This document shows, one piece after another, positions 30,120 to 40,190 of a stretch of 64,000 bases of DNA. This stretch comes from Candidatus Undinarchaeota archaeon (GTDB lineage Archaea; Undinarchaeota; CAZWFW01), in NCBI GenBank assembly GCA_964633445.1, contig CAZWFW010000001.1, forward strand, positions 6,339-70,338, in the 5' to 3' direction. The translations under genes were made by a program, and so were the position numbers. Numbering within the stretch: the first letter of the stretch is position 1; each line of letters opens with the position of its first letter. The notes beneath the pieces are model-generated. The model was not told the origin of the DNA. It saw only the letters and a list, made by a program, of their open reading frames with translations, and ran no database searches.

Positions 30120-31481
30120 ATGGTGGGTATACAAGAGATCCCAGAGGATGTTAGAGAATTGGAAAGAGTTGCTGCACATAGCCACATTAAGGGCTTGGGA
30201 TTAGAAGGCTTGAAGGCAAAATTTATTGCTGATGGATTTGTTGGGCAAGAAGAGGCAAGAGAAGCTGCAGGTATAATTGTTAGGCTTATAAAAGCTGGTA
30301 GATTTGGTGGAAGAGCGATATTGATCGCTGGACCACCTGGCACAGGTAAGACTGCAATTGCTGTGGGTATAGCAAGGGAGCTTGGTAAAGACGTTCCGTT
30401 TGTTCCTTTAACCGCAAGCGAAATATACTCTGCTGAAGTTAAGAAAACGGAATTTTTGACACAAACACTAAGAAAGGCTATTGGTGTTAGAATAAGGGAA
30501 TTAAGGAAAGTTTATGAGGGTGAAGTAGTTGAGCTTAATATTGAGCGCAAACCCCATCCCTATAATCCATATTTTCAGATTCCTGTAGCTGCAACAGTTA
30601 AGCTTGAGACTAAGGATGAATCAAAACGTTTGAGCGTTGATCAGAATTTCGCAATGCAATTGATGCAGCAGGGTGTTAATGAAGGGGATGTTATACAAAT
30701 AGATGTTGATGGCGGGCGATTAATAAGACTTGGACCAAGTGAGAGAATAGCTAATAAACTCAAGGATATAACTACTGAAAAGCCAGTTCCTCTGCCAGTA
30801 GGTAAAGTACTTAAAGAAAAGGAATTTGTTTATGTGCTTAGCTTACATCAGCTTGATATGATGCGTGCTAGAAGTGAGGTTGACATATTTGGCTTGCTTT
30901 TTGGTTCAACAAGAAAGGAGGTTGATTCCGAGGTAAGGAGAGAGGTAGATGAACTTGTAAAAGAGATGGTTGAAAAAGGTAAAGCTGAGCTTGTACCAGG
31001 GGTAATATTTATTGATGAATGCTCACTGCTTGATATTGAAACGTATGCATTTCTTAACAGAGCGTTGGAGCAAGAATTAAGTCCAATAATAATATTTGCT
31101 ACAAATAGAGGAACCGCAAGAATTAGGGGCACTGATCAGGTTTCCCCTCATGCAATGCCGCTTGATTTGCTTGATAGAGTTCTGATAATTACCACAAGAC
31201 CGTATAATGAGGAGGAGATAAGAGAGATAATAAAGATAAGAGCTAAGGCAGAAAAAATTGGAATTGATGAGCAGGCATTGGAATTATTAACGAAACTTGG
31301 AGTTGAGCGTTCCTTGCGTTATGCTTTGCAATTACTTGCGCCAGCTTATGAAGTTGCTAAGGAAGAAGGTAAGGAAAAAGTTTGTAAAGAACATGTTGAA
31401 GCTGTTGCTAAGCTATTTGTTGATGTTAAGAAATCATCTAAATACTTAAAGAAGATGGAGGAAAAATTGCTTAGTTACTAA
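30120..31481 (+). CDS. TIP49/RuvB-like AAA+ ATPase (Pontin/Reptin family homolog)
   Basis: Walker A GPPGTGKTAIA, Walker B GVIFIDECSLL, and the TIP49-specific inserted domain between them (EGEVVELNIER..VDGGRLIRLG). 453 aa. Confidence 0.8.
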   Translation: MVGIQEIPEDVRELERVAAHSHIKGLGLEGLKAKFIADGFVGQEEAREAAGIIVRLIKAGRFGGRAILIAGPPGTGKTAIAVGIARELGKDVPFVPLTASEIYSAEVKKTEFLTQTLRKAIGVRIRELRKVYEGEVVELNIERKPHPYNPYFQIPVAATVKLETKDESKRLSVDQNFAMQLMQQGVNEGDVIQIDVDGGRLIRLGPSERIANKLKDITTEKPVPLPVGKVLKEKEFVYVLSLHQLDMMRARSEVDIFGLLFGSTRKEVDSEVRREVDELVKEMVEKGKAELVPGVIFIDECSLLDIETYAFLNRALEQELSPIIIFATNRGTARIRGTDQVSPHAMPLDLLDRVLIITTRPYNEEEIREIIKIRAKAEKIGIDEQALELLTKLGVERSLRYALQLLAPAYEVAKEEGKEKVCKEHVEAVAKLFVDVKKSSKYLKKMEEKLLSY

Positions 31482-31636
31482 TTAAAGCAATACATAAACT
31501 TTTACAGATTTTTAATGACTATAGAAAACTGGAAAATTTGGAAAGTTCATTTTTGGAAATTTTCAAAGTAATGATATATATCAGCAACCTCTATAACGTT
31601 AGATGTTTTTATTTCTGGAAAATACGTGATGCATAC

Positions 31637-32572
31637 TCATTTTATTTTTATACTCCTTACAATGTCTTTTCCAAATGCTATATTAAGAATAAGGTTAAGA
31701 TAACATTCACCTTCACCAAATCCTATTAAAACTGGCTTTTTAACGCTTAATTTTTCTAAAAGTTTTGAAGGATGGATATTCTTCGATAAGGAAAGTACTA
31801 TGAAATCGTCATCCAGATTCAATTGCTTTACCACATTAATTGAGCCCCTGCTTGCTTCCGCAAGAGTTAAACTGAATTTCCTATTCTTTCCAACACAGCA
31901 CAACTCCACTCTTGCACCTCTGCATTTTCTCTTTGGAAGGGTTTCAAGAGTCCCCTCAATTTTTCCTTCTTCTATTTTACCGAAAAACCTTGCATTTCCC
32001 TTTTCATCATATATTTCAAGTGACACCTCCTTGTTTGGAAGATAACATACCTTTGGTATGAGTAAAAGATACGCTTTAGAGCCCTCTATTTCAAATTCTA
32101 GAGAAGGCAAGTGCATATAGCTTGTTAAGTCTTTTCTTACAAAAATCGTATTTTTCCTTAGAAACTCGGGATTAATCTTAACATCATCACCAAAGCCCTC
32201 CTGCATAGAATTAAAGTTACTGCTTATATTATACGTTACTACCCTGCCATAATACTCCCATTCTCCAACTATATCCAAGTAGCCTAATTTATATCTTGTC
32301 TTGCGTCTAAATTTAATTCTTTCCAAAGAACTGCTTTCAGCATCAAAAATTTCGCTAACAAAGCTTAAAATCTTTCTTTTCTTTTTTTGCTTAAAAAACA
32401 TAAGCAAGAAAAACGCAACATTTATAATCGCTAGTAGAAGAACAAGGTATTTTATTGAAGGAGCTTTCAGATAGAAAAGGAGGAAGATGAAGAACGCTAA
32501 TAGCGCAACGAAAGGTGCTACTGCTAAGGTGAATATCCTGCTACCATAATCTTTAACTATGTGAAATTTCAT
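31637..32572 (-). CDS. membrane protein, hypothetical
   Basis: 311 aa with two N-terminal TM helices followed by a soluble domain. No motif recognised. Confidence 0.45.
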   Translation of the reverse strand: MKFHIVKDYGSRIFTLAVAPFVALLAFFIFLLFYLKAPSIKYLVLLLAIINVAFFLLMFFKQKKKRKILSFVSEIFDAESSSLERIKFRRKTRYKLGYLDIVGEWEYYGRVVTYNISSNFNSMQEGFGDDVKINPEFLRKNTIFVRKDLTSYMHLPSLEFEIEGSKAYLLLIPKVCYLPNKEVSLEIYDEKGNARFFGKIEEGKIEGTLETLPKRKCRGARVELCCVGKNRKFSLTLAEASRGSINVVKQLNLDDDFIVLSLSKNIHPSKLLEKLSVKKPVLIGFGEGECYLNLILNIAFGKDIVRSIKIK

Positions 32573-32597
32573 GATAATTTAGTACTAACAAAACAAT

Positions 32598-33089
32598 TCA
32601 AATAACTTTACCACCTTGATACCTACCATTGTATTTCTCAGCTTTTCCTTCAACTTTTTCAAAAACAATTTGAGCAATTTTGGCAAACCTTTTAACTCTA
32701 AATTCGTAATTTGAAAAATTCTTAATACCAAAAGTTAATGCGCCTTTATAACCAGGATCTACTAATGCTGTAAAAATATAAACTCCGCATCTAAAAAGCG
32801 TAGATCTTGGTAAAATTCTTGCAATTAAGTTACTTGGAATATTAACCTTTTCAACAGTTTTTACAAGATAATACTCATTTGGTTTAATTACATAAACATC
32901 CCCACAAATCTCTTCAACTTCTGGAAGCTTTCTTGAATTAATTCCAAGTCTAGCATCACTTTTTATCTTATACAGAACATCAAGTCTCAAATCATAGCCT
33001 GCTCCTTGCAAATTTTCTTTCTTAAAATTCTCTATTAAAGGAGGGTTTTCCGCAACTAACTTTTCAATTTCACTTTTTGCAAGTATCAT
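32598..33089 (-). CDS. dcd: dCTP deaminase / dUTPase-fold protein
   Basis: 163 aa. GYDLRL and the Tyr/Gly-rich beta-jelly-roll motifs (IFTALVDPGYKGALTFGIKN) are typical of the Dcd/Dut family. Confidence 0.65.
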   Translation of the reverse strand: MILAKSEIEKLVAENPPLIENFKKENLQGAGYDLRLDVLYKIKSDARLGINSRKLPEVEEICGDVYVIKPNEYYLVKTVEKVNIPSNLIARILPRSTLFRCGVYIFTALVDPGYKGALTFGIKNFSNYEFRVKRFAKIAQIVFEKVEGKAEKYNGRYQGGKVI

Positions 33090-33139
33090 ATAGTTATTTT
33101 AGGTTTTTTGAAAAATTTATCTTCATGTTGTTTGCAAGA

Positions 33140-33370
33140 CCCAATGCGTAAGCGTGGGGATACGCAATGGGAGGCGGGTGGGAAATATTTAAATACTTTG
33201 AAGTTGTATAAACAGTAATCTCGCAACAGCCGTTAAGGCCGGACAGCCCGTGAGGATAACGGGTAGTGGCCTCGTGAACAGGCCTGTGAGGATAAGGGTG
33301 GTAGAAATCCACCAAACTCCTCACGAAGCTCCTTTCGTAAGGGAGGGGCAGTTTACAGCCCTGTTTTTCC
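33140..33370. ncRNA. GC-rich intergenic island 1: candidate structured RNA and/or regulatory repeat module (family not identified)
   Basis: About 230 nt of G+C-rich sequence in an AT-rich genome. Strong hairpins: CCCAATGCGUA..UACGCAAUGGG, GGCC-UCGUGAACA-GGCC, CCCG-UGAGGAUAA-CGGG and GGUGG-UAGAAAU-CCACC. A plus-strand TATA-like AAAAATTTAT lies at 33111-33120 and a T5 run at 33364-33368. The strand is not certain. Confidence 0.35.
33169..33198 (-). promoter_or_regulatory. consensus archaeal TATA box (TTTAAATA) module oriented toward dcd, shared with the hypC upstream region
   Basis: The minus strand reads AAGTATTTAAATATTTCCCACCCGCCTCCC. This is 28/30 identical to 62418-62446 on the plus strand. 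TATA at 33186-33195 lies about 100 nt upstream of the dcd ATG. Confidence 0.4.
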
Positions 33371-34004
33371 AATATTTCTTGAGAAGCTCTCCAGAAGCAT
33401 ATGCACTAAGAAGTGCGAAAAGTGAAAAATTAACTCTTCTTTCAAAGCTGCCAATTAATTTCACTTCTACAAATTCCTTTCTTTCAAAAGCTTTGACAAG
33501 AATTCTACAAACCTTTCTATTGTTTAAATAACCCTCCAAATAAATAAACTCGTTTTTTAAAATTTTTATAGTGTAGGATGTTTTTTTGATTTTACCCATT
33601 AAAAATCTAAATTCGCTATTCTTTATCAAAAGTTTTGCGAATTGTTTTCTTAGTGAAAGCAATATCGGATTTCCACTCCCACCAAATTCCAAAATAACGT
33701 CCTTTAAAGACTTTTTAGTAGTAAGAATTATTTTACCCTCCAGATATACAGGTATCGAAAAAAGTAGATAATAGGAGGTAGAAACAGCATCCAGCCAGAT
33801 CTCGTAATAACAATGTTTACAGAATAGAAAAAGTGAAAATGAAGATAGAAAATATCCAGGGGAATGAGGAATACCATTTTTAATGAAAGGGAATATTAGA
33901 GCATAGATACATGAATGCAACAAAAATAGATATGTTGCTAAAAATAGTTTAAGCAAACCAAAAATTATAAACAGAGAATCGAGAAGATAAATCAAACTTA
34001 CCAA
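33321..34004 (-). CDS. hypothetical protein with N-terminal TM segments
   Basis: 227 aa. The hydrophobic N-terminus is followed by a basic soluble domain. The last about 18 codons run into GC island 1. Confidence 0.4.
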   Translation of the reverse strand: MVSLIYLLDSLFIIFGLLKLFLATYLFLLHSCIYALIFPFIKNGIPHSPGYFLSSFSLFLFCKHCYYEIWLDAVSTSYYLLFSIPVYLEGKIILTTKKSLKDVILEFGGSGNPILLSLRKQFAKLLIKNSEFRFLMGKIKKTSYTIKILKNEFIYLEGYLNNRKVCRILVKAFERKEFVEVKLIGSFERRVNFSLFALLSAYASGELLKKYWKNRAVNCPSLTKGAS

Positions 34005-34151
34005 TAAAAGTGCAAAAGTAGCATAAAGGTATTTTTAAAATAATTTCTCTTAATTCAAAAATTAATAAATAAAATGTTAAATAGTAAAAGCTTAAGTATA
34101 TGCCCAATAGGAAAATCTTGTAAATTTTGCTGAAGTTCATAAATTTCCATA

Positions 34152-35576
34152 TTATTCTTGTTTTATTTTGCTAATATTAATTTGCCTCACCAACAACTTC
34201 TCAAATTTCTCAATAAATTCGCTTATTTTATCCTTAGGAACAAACGCTCCTGCTGCTGGTGCGTGTCCTCCACCACTACCTCCAACTTCGCTTGCAGCAA
34301 TCCTTATCGCCTTACCTAAATTCATATTTTTCATTGCAAGTAATTTTGAGCATCTTGCTGAAACTTTGTACCCCTTTTCAGTCTCAACGAATCCTACTAA
34401 TGGTTTATAGTGGTTAACAATATCAGAACCTAAAATTAATCCAACAACACTTCCAAGCAAAACTGCATCTACTTTATTTTTAGCATCGAAAAATTGCAAA
34501 TAGCCTTTTGGCGCGTAATCAATACCCTCCTCAATAATTACCTCACATGCCTTAGCTAAGTTGCGTCTATGCTTTTCAAGCAACCTCTGCAAAACCTTAT
34601 AATACAACCCACGTCTACCGGTGGCAACCTCTATGCCAATGATTTCTTTTTTATTTCGTCCAGCAGCATTTAAACAAGTAGCGAACTCTTCCACATCTTT
34701 TAATGGTGATTTGTCGCTTTCATCTTTAAGCGAATATACTTCACCGATTATAAGTTTTGGAACATAAATGGCAAGCTCCTTTGGTGCATATGCCATTGCT
34801 CTTGCTATCAAAGCATCCGCAATTTTTCTTTTTTCCTCTTCACTTAAATCAACAAGTCTTCGCCAGGAATTTTCTTTATTATCATTTTGTAATTTTATAC
34901 CTAATTTGTTAAGAAAATTTATACTGCCTGCCTCACTACCAGAGATACCTGGAATGTAAGGATCCGTAAGCAGCTCTAATGCCTTGAAAACTGGTCTTGT
35001 ATATCTTCCATAAAGCGCTAAGTCAACTTTAACTTCTATCTTATCAGCCTTTATGGCATCCTCCAGTATTTTCCTATTCATCCCTGTGAAACTGCCCCAG
35101 AAGTTTTGCATATCCCCAATTGCCCCTATAATAGCGAGATAACTTAAATCTACATTTCTTTCATTTAAATACTTAGCAAATAGATATGCTGAACCAGCTC
35201 CAGAAATTTCGCTGGATCCATCTATTCCAAAAAAGTAAGGATTGAAATGCACAAGTTCTTGCCAACTTTCACGTTCAGGTTGGTGATGATCAAGAATAAT
35301 GGTGTCATGCCCCTTAAATTTTTCCTTAAGTAAATTCGTTTGTCCAGAACCAAGATCCGTAAAGAATGTTAAGTCATCTGGAGCTAAATCCTCTATTGTT
35401 TCTGGGTCTATTTGCCTGATAGTAACAATATTCGCCTCAGCACCTTCCCTCTGCAAACATTTATAAAGAATAGCTGCTGCAGACAAACCATCAGCATCTA
35501 TATGCGATATAATAGTTATGGAATCATTTTTGTGCTTTCTGAACAAATCTATTGCCTTTTTTATTATTCTTATCAT
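34152..35576 (-). CDS. archaeal RecJ-like DHH/DHHA1 phosphoesterase (GAN/RecJ-like nuclease)
   Basis: DHH motifs ITIISHIDADGLSAAA, IILDHHQP and GDMQNFWG. C-terminal DHHA1-like GGGH motif (GSGGGHAPAAGA). 474 aa. Confidence 0.75.
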   Translation of the reverse strand: MIRIIKKAIDLFRKHKNDSITIISHIDADGLSAAAILYKCLQREGAEANIVTIRQIDPETIEDLAPDDLTFFTDLGSGQTNLLKEKFKGHDTIILDHHQPERESWQELVHFNPYFFGIDGSSEISGAGSAYLFAKYLNERNVDLSYLAIIGAIGDMQNFWGSFTGMNRKILEDAIKADKIEVKVDLALYGRYTRPVFKALELLTDPYIPGISGSEAGSINFLNKLGIKLQNDNKENSWRRLVDLSEEEKRKIADALIARAMAYAPKELAIYVPKLIIGEVYSLKDESDKSPLKDVEEFATCLNAAGRNKKEIIGIEVATGRRGLYYKVLQRLLEKHRRNLAKACEVIIEEGIDYAPKGYLQFFDAKNKVDAVLLGSVVGLILGSDIVNHYKPLVGFVETEKGYKVSARCSKLLAMKNMNLGKAIRIAASEVGGSGGGHAPAAGAFVPKDKISEFIEKFEKLLVRQINISKIKQE

Positions 35577-35625
35577 TTTACACTCAGATTAAAATATGAG
35601 ATTTAGCTATTTTTAAATTTAAACA

Positions 35626-36963
35626 ATGAAAGACGCGGGAATAAGCATAGAGGATATTGGCAAATTAAGGAGAACTCACTATACTATAGATGTTATAGAG
35701 GAGGAAGAAGGGAAAGAAGTTGTATTAATGGGATGGGTTCATGAAATAAGGGATTTGGGAGGTATAAAATTTCTTTTGCTTAGAGATAGAGAGGGTATAA
35801 TTCAAATAACTTTTCCAAAGAAGAAAGTGCCAGGGAATATCTTTAAAATTGCTTCAAAGTTAACAAAGGAGAGTATTATAGCTGTTAAAGGAAAAATTAT
35901 AAGAAATAAGCAAGCCCCCAATAGTGTTGAAATTTTACCGAGCGATTTAAAGGTTTTAAGTTTGGCTGATGCTTTATTACCTTTAGATGTAACTGAAAAG
36001 GTTAAGGCTGATTTGGATACGCGTTTAGATGCAAGAGTTTTGGATTTGAGGAAGCCAAAAATTCAGGCGATTTTTAAAATTAGAATGACAATTTTAAATG
36101 CATTCAGAGAGTATTTGAAAAATCAAGGATTTATTGAAGTTAACACGCCAACAATAGTGGCTGCCGCTACTGAAGGTGGTGCAGAGCTATTCCCTGTAGC
36201 ATATTTTGAAAGAGAGGCATTTCTAAGGCAATCACCTCAATTGTATAAACAAATGCTCATGGCCACAGGATTTGATAGGGTCTTTGAGATTTGCCCAGTT
36301 TTTAGAGCAGAAAAGCACAATACCGTTAGGCATCTAAACGAAATTACGCAAATGGATATTGAAATGGCTTTCGCAACACATGAAGATGCCATGCGGATGC
36401 TTGAGAATGTTGTTAGGTACATGATTGAAAAAGTTGCCAAGGAAAACAAAAGAGAATTAGAATTACTTAATAAAAAGATTGATGTGCCTGAAACACCATT
36501 TAAAAGGCTTACCTATGATGAAGTTCTTGAGATAGCAAAGAAGTATAACTTAGCGTTTGAATGGGGCGAAGATGTACCCACGCAAGTTATGAAATTGCTT
36601 GGCAAGCTATACAAAGATCCTATTTTTATTGTAGACTGGCCTACGGAAGCAAGAGCTTTTTATGCAATGCCGCATGAAGATGATGAGAAATATTGCTATG
36701 CATTCGATTTGGCTTATAGAGGTATTGAGATTTCCTCTGGCACATGCAGAATTCATCAGTACGATTTGCTTGTGAAGCAATTAAAGGCTAGAGGATTAAG
36801 CGTTGAGAGCTTTAAAGCTTATCTTGACGCTTTTAGATATGGAATGCCTCCGCATGCAGGTTGGTCTATTGGAGCCGAGCGTTTTTTAATGGCTTTGCTT
36901 GATTTGGATAATATAAGAGAAGCTACGCTATTTCCGAGGGATAGGAAAAGGTTATTGCCTTAA
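35626..36963 (+). CDS. aspS: aspartyl-tRNA synthetase (archaeal/eukaryotic-type class IIb)
   Basis: N-terminal OB anticodon-binding domain. Class II motif 2 [21 protein letters not shown]. Motif 3 [17 protein letters not shown]. 445 aa. Confidence 0.9.
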   Translation: MKDAGISIEDIGKLRRTHYTIDVIEEEEGKEVVLMGWVHEIRDLGGIKFLLLRDREGIIQITFPKKKVPGNIFKIASKLTKESIIAVKGKIIRNKQAPNSVEILPSDLKVLSLADALLPLDVTEKVKADLDTRLDARVLDLRKPKIQAIFKIRMTILNAFREYLKNQGFIEVNTPTIVAAATEGGAELFPVAYFEREAFLRQSPQLYKQMLMATGFDRVFEICPVFRAEKHNTVRHLNEITQMDIEMAFATHEDAMRMLENVVRYMIEKVAKENKRELELLNKKIDVPETPFKRLTYDEVLEIAKKYNLAFEWGEDVPTQVMKLLGKLYKDPIFIVDWPTEARAFYAMPHEDDEKYCYAFDLAYRGIEISSGTCRIHQYDLLVKQLKARGLSVESFKAYLDAFRYGMPPHAGWSIGAERFLMALLDLDNIREATLFPRDRKRLLP

Positions 36964-37084
36964 ATTTTGGTTATCTAGTTAAAACCTCTTAGCATCTTAA
37001 ACATAATTTTTGCATAAGTTACTAGTTTGCACGGATTATAATGTTGGAAATCCTAAATTATACTCAAAATTCGGAAAATAGAAA

Positions 37085-37384
37085 CTAGAACTCCTCAGCC
37101 TCTTCATACTTTCTAGGTACTCTTATTAAAACAACATCACCGAACGCCGAGACTTCTGAGAAAGGAACAAGCAAAACTTTGGCTTTCTCAGGATCTGTAC
37201 TTTCCTTCATTAATTCAAGAATTCTTTTATAAATTATACTATCAGACGAGAGCTGGATGACCAAACCATAAACGTGACTCCTCTCTATATCAAGCTGAAT
37301 ATCCTTAACTTTTCCTACATAATTAGCATTCATCGTGTAAACATCTCTACCTATAATCTCCGAAAGAGGAAGCTTCTCAACCAT
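37085..37384 (-). CDS. PRC-barrel domain protein
   Basis: 99 aa. EIIGRDVYTMNANYVGKVKDIQLDIE is typical of PRC-barrel proteins. Confidence 0.5.
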   Translation of the reverse strand: MVEKLPLSEIIGRDVYTMNANYVGKVKDIQLDIERSHVYGLVIQLSSDSIIYKRILELMKESTDPEKAKVLLVPFSEVSAFGDVVLIRVPRKYEEAEEF

Positions 37385-37454
37385 ACTGGGTCACCTTAAA
37401 TAACTATTCTTTTATGTTTATAAATCTATTTCTTTTTTAAACTTTGCTATGATT

Positions 37455-38291
37455 TTAAAAATCAAAAAGGCTTTTCTGGGCACCTTGCATAATGAAATTT
37501 GCTAGCTTTATTTGCATATTATCCCTAGCTGCTATTGTTTTAACCTTTGCTTTTTCTTCAATGATTCTCGCTTCTTTTTCAGGATTTGCCTTCAGCATAG
37601 CTAATCCGAAATGCTGTATGATTGCTAATTTTGGTTTAATTTCACTTAGAATTTTTATAACATCCTCGGTACATAGATGAAACTTTATTCTTCTAGCATT
37701 TGGACGCATAACATTAATTATTAAAACATCTACGTCAGAAAATTGAGAGGCCAGACCAGGAAAATACTCAGTATCACTTGTATATCCTAAAGTTACGTCT
37801 TTGAAATAAATTTTAACGCCTATGGTTGTTGGATCCTCGTGCTTACATTTTGTTGCTTCAAACTTAATACCCATGATTTCTCTGAATTCTCCTTCATTCA
37901 GAATGAAAATGTTGCAAAGGCTTGCATGGTATTTTGTTATTACAGGAAATCTGTCATCAACTCCCTCAACAACGCTTTCGCTTGCCAAAACGTATCCTCT
38001 CTTCGTACTTGCCCCCTTAGCCATTGCCTCTATCAGAACATTAGCATCATTGCAGTGATCTGGATGGGCATGGGTAACTATAATAACATCAAGATTTCTA
38101 GGATTCAGGTTGTTATCGACAGACCTTACCAAAGCACCTGGCCCAGGATCGACATGAATGTTAAGGTTGCTGTGGATTCTGAATCCTGCAGTTGCTCGCA
38201 TTTGCGTAGTCATGCAATGTCTTCCTCCACCACTACCGAGGAAAAATATTTCAGTGGCAACTTGTTCATGCATTAAAGAAAAAAATAACAT
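37455..38291 (-). CDS. metallo-beta-lactamase-fold hydrolase
   Basis: HxHxDH motif (VTHAHPDHCND) with downstream His/Asp ligands. Confidence 0.7.
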   Translation of the reverse strand: MLFFSLMHEQVATEIFFLGSGGGRHCMTTQMRATAGFRIHSNLNIHVDPGPGALVRSVDNNLNPRNLDVIIVTHAHPDHCNDANVLIEAMAKGASTKRGYVLASESVVEGVDDRFPVITKYHASLCNIFILNEGEFREIMGIKFEATKCKHEDPTTIGVKIYFKDVTLGYTSDTEYFPGLASQFSDVDVLIINVMRPNARRIKFHLCTEDVIKILSEIKPKLAIIQHFGLAMLKANPEKEARIIEEKAKVKTIAARDNMQIKLANFIMQGAQKSLFDF

Positions 38292-38308
38292 TGATTAGAT
38301 AAAACTTA

Positions 38309-39361
38309 ATGATAAACAAAAAAGTAAGATTGATAGAGTTTTCAAAATTTGACAAATGTACGACTGTTTATGAAACCTCTAGGCGAATTCCATTATTCAA
38401 GACATTAATTTCCAATAAATGCATAAATAATTGCTTATATTGCGCATTCAGAAGAGATAGAAGATGCGAGAGGATGGAGTTTAACAATGAGGAAATTGTG
38501 AAATTGACTTTTCTGTTAAAAAATAAGGGTTTAATAAGGGGCGTATTCTTTAGCTCAAGCGTTGATAGAGACCCTGATGCGACAACTCAGAAACTTGTTA
38601 GCATTTCTATGGAACTTAGAAAGAAAGGATTTAGTGATTACATACACCTTAGGCTGATGCCTGGTTGCAGCAAAGATCTGATAAAAACAGCTTTATGCCT
38701 AGCAGATAGAGTTGGCATAAATGTTGAGGCTCCAAAGGGCGTTTTCAGCGAAATTTGTCCAGATATAGACCTCAAATACGACATTATCAAAAGATTTCAA
38801 ATTATGTTTAAATTAAAGAAAAAGTTAGGTGTTAAGACCGACATTGACACTCAGTTTGTCGTTGGAGCAGGTAACGAGACTGATAAAGAAATTCTTCTAA
38901 CAACTTACAGACTTTATAGGAAGTTCAATCTTAAAATTATTTACTTCAGCCCATTCGAACCTGTGAGGGGGACTCCCCTGGAGAATAGGAAGGTCTGCGA
39001 AAAGAAAAGGATTTTAAGGTTGTATCAGGCAAGCTTCCTAATAAGAGATTATGGAATAAGAATTAGGAATTTGCTTGATATTCTGGAGAATGACATGCTA
39101 CCTGATGAAGATCCTAAGGTGCTGATTGCAAGGGGTATGGGCATCTTTCCTATAGACCTAAATAATGCAAGCATAAAGGAATTAATGTTTTTACCTGGAG
39201 TTGGAAAATTTACTGCGAGAGAAATAGTAAAATTGAGGGAGAAAAAGAGAATTGAAAAACCTGGAGATTTACTTAGCATCATGAGCGTTGAAAAAATAAG
39301 GAAAATTACACCCTTTGCAAAATTTAGATATGCTCAAAGAAAGCTAATAGAAGACTACTGA
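38309..39361 (+). CDS. radical SAM protein with C-terminal helix-hairpin-helix domain (putative DNA modification/repair radical SAM family)
   Basis: CxxxCxxC cluster [10 protein letters not shown] and a C-terminal Hh[21 protein letters not shown]. The architecture matches the radical-SAM+HhH family that is usually paired with a UDG-like protein. Confidence 0.6.
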   Translation: MINKKVRLIEFSKFDKCTTVYETSRRIPLFKTLISNKCINNCLYCAFRRDRRCERMEFNNEEIVKLTFLLKNKGLIRGVFFSSSVDRDPDATTQKLVSISMELRKKGFSDYIHLRLMPGCSKDLIKTALCLADRVGINVEAPKGVFSEICPDIDLKYDIIKRFQIMFKLKKKLGVKTDIDTQFVVGAGNETDKEILLTTYRLYRKFNLKIIYFSPFEPVRGTPLENRKVCEKKRILRLYQASFLIRDYGIRIRNLLDILENDMLPDEDPKVLIARGMGIFPIDLNNASIKELMFLPGVGKFTAREIVKLREKKRIEKPGDLLSIMSVEKIRKITPFAKFRYAQRKLIEDY

Positions 39362-39669
39362 TATTCTCGCCAAGTATACTTACATTTTGTGCATCTGAAG
39401 AATCTTGTTTCAGGCTCATCCGCAGCTCTTGTTTGCTGTGTCCAGTAATATGCTTCGTTATGACCACATTTAGGACACTCAACTTTTGTTTTTGGTAGAA
39501 GCTCCACATCTTTAACAATTGCCAGTTCGTCTCTTTCTTCTTTCTTTATCTTTCCAGAGATGGTATACTCCTCTTTATCAAATTTACTTTCCTTATATCC
39601 GCATTTCCTGCAAACTAGTTCATCTCCCTTTGGGAACATCATGCTACCACACTTAGGACAAAACTTCAT
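39355..39669 (-). CDS. tfs: transcription factor S / RNA polymerase subunit M (TFIIS-type zinc ribbon)
   Basis: N-terminal zinc ribbon [14 protein letters not shown]-terminal TFIIS zinc ribbon [32 protein letters not shown] with an acidic hairpin. Confidence 0.8.
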   Translation of the reverse strand: MKFCPKCGSMMFPKGDELVCRKCGYKESKFDKEEYTISGKIKKEERDELAIVKDVELLPKTKVECPKCGHNEAYYWTQQTRAADEPETRFFRCTKCKYTWREYQ

Positions 39670-39710
39670 TGTTCCACAAAAAGGATAGTATTAGAGAAGT
39701 ATATTTAAAA

Positions 39711-40190
39711 TTATTTTCTAAGCAAGAAGGTGATTATTTCTGAAAAAATTACCTTAACCCAACCAATGTAGGGTATTCTAAAAACAACTCTACCCAAAAC
39801 CATGTTTGGGTTCACTGGTGGAGATATTCCTACATCCTGATCTGCAGCTGGATTATTATCTCCTCTAGTTATAAAATATCCCTCATTGGTAATATTAATA
39901 ACTCTGTGAACAATTCTCATGCCACTTGGTGCCTTATAAACAATTATATCACCAATTTTTATGTCCTGAGGGTCTACCCCTTTAACAATTAGCACATCAC
40001 CTTTATGAATAGCGGGATACATGCTATTAGACATAACAGCTACCAAAGGCGTCTCCGTTTTTAGAGCGTAACCTAAGGCATGATTGAAAGTGAAACTAAA
40101 AACTATGGCGAAAGCTATCCAGAATATCCAACTTTTCAACTCCTCTTTATCAATTTTTAATACAATTCTCAAGTCCAACACCCCTTGCAA
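39711..40190 (-). CDS. signal peptidase I (archaeal Sec11/SPC18 type)
   Basis: N-terminal TM, then the catalytic Ser box VMSNSMYPAIHKGD and a downstream conserved GDNN motif (ITRGDNNPAADQ). Confidence 0.7.
   Translation of the reverse strand: MQGVLDLRIVLKIDKEELKSWIFWIAFAIVFSFTFNHALGYALKTETPLVAVMSNSMYPAIHKGDVLIVKGVDPQDIKIGDIIVYKAPSGMRIVHRVINITNEGYFITRGDNNPAADQDVGISPPVNPNMVLGRVVFRIPYIGWVKVIFSEIITFLLRK

Noticed and set aside
33094-33372. 92-aa minus-strand ORF (MEKQGCKLPLPYERSF...) across GC island 1, and the analogous 64-aa ORF at 45279-45473 across island 2
   Set aside because: The His/Pro/Arg/Gly-rich translations arise from GC-rich, hairpin-rich sequence. The regions behave like structured RNA/regulatory DNA. 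There are no start-site or RBS features.
33100-33375. RNase P RNA or SRP (7S) RNA identity for GC island 1
   Set aside because: I looked on both strands for the universal P4 motif GGAAAGUCCGG and for the SRP helix-8 GGAA tetraloop opposite AGCA. Neither is present. I left it unassigned and did not name a family.
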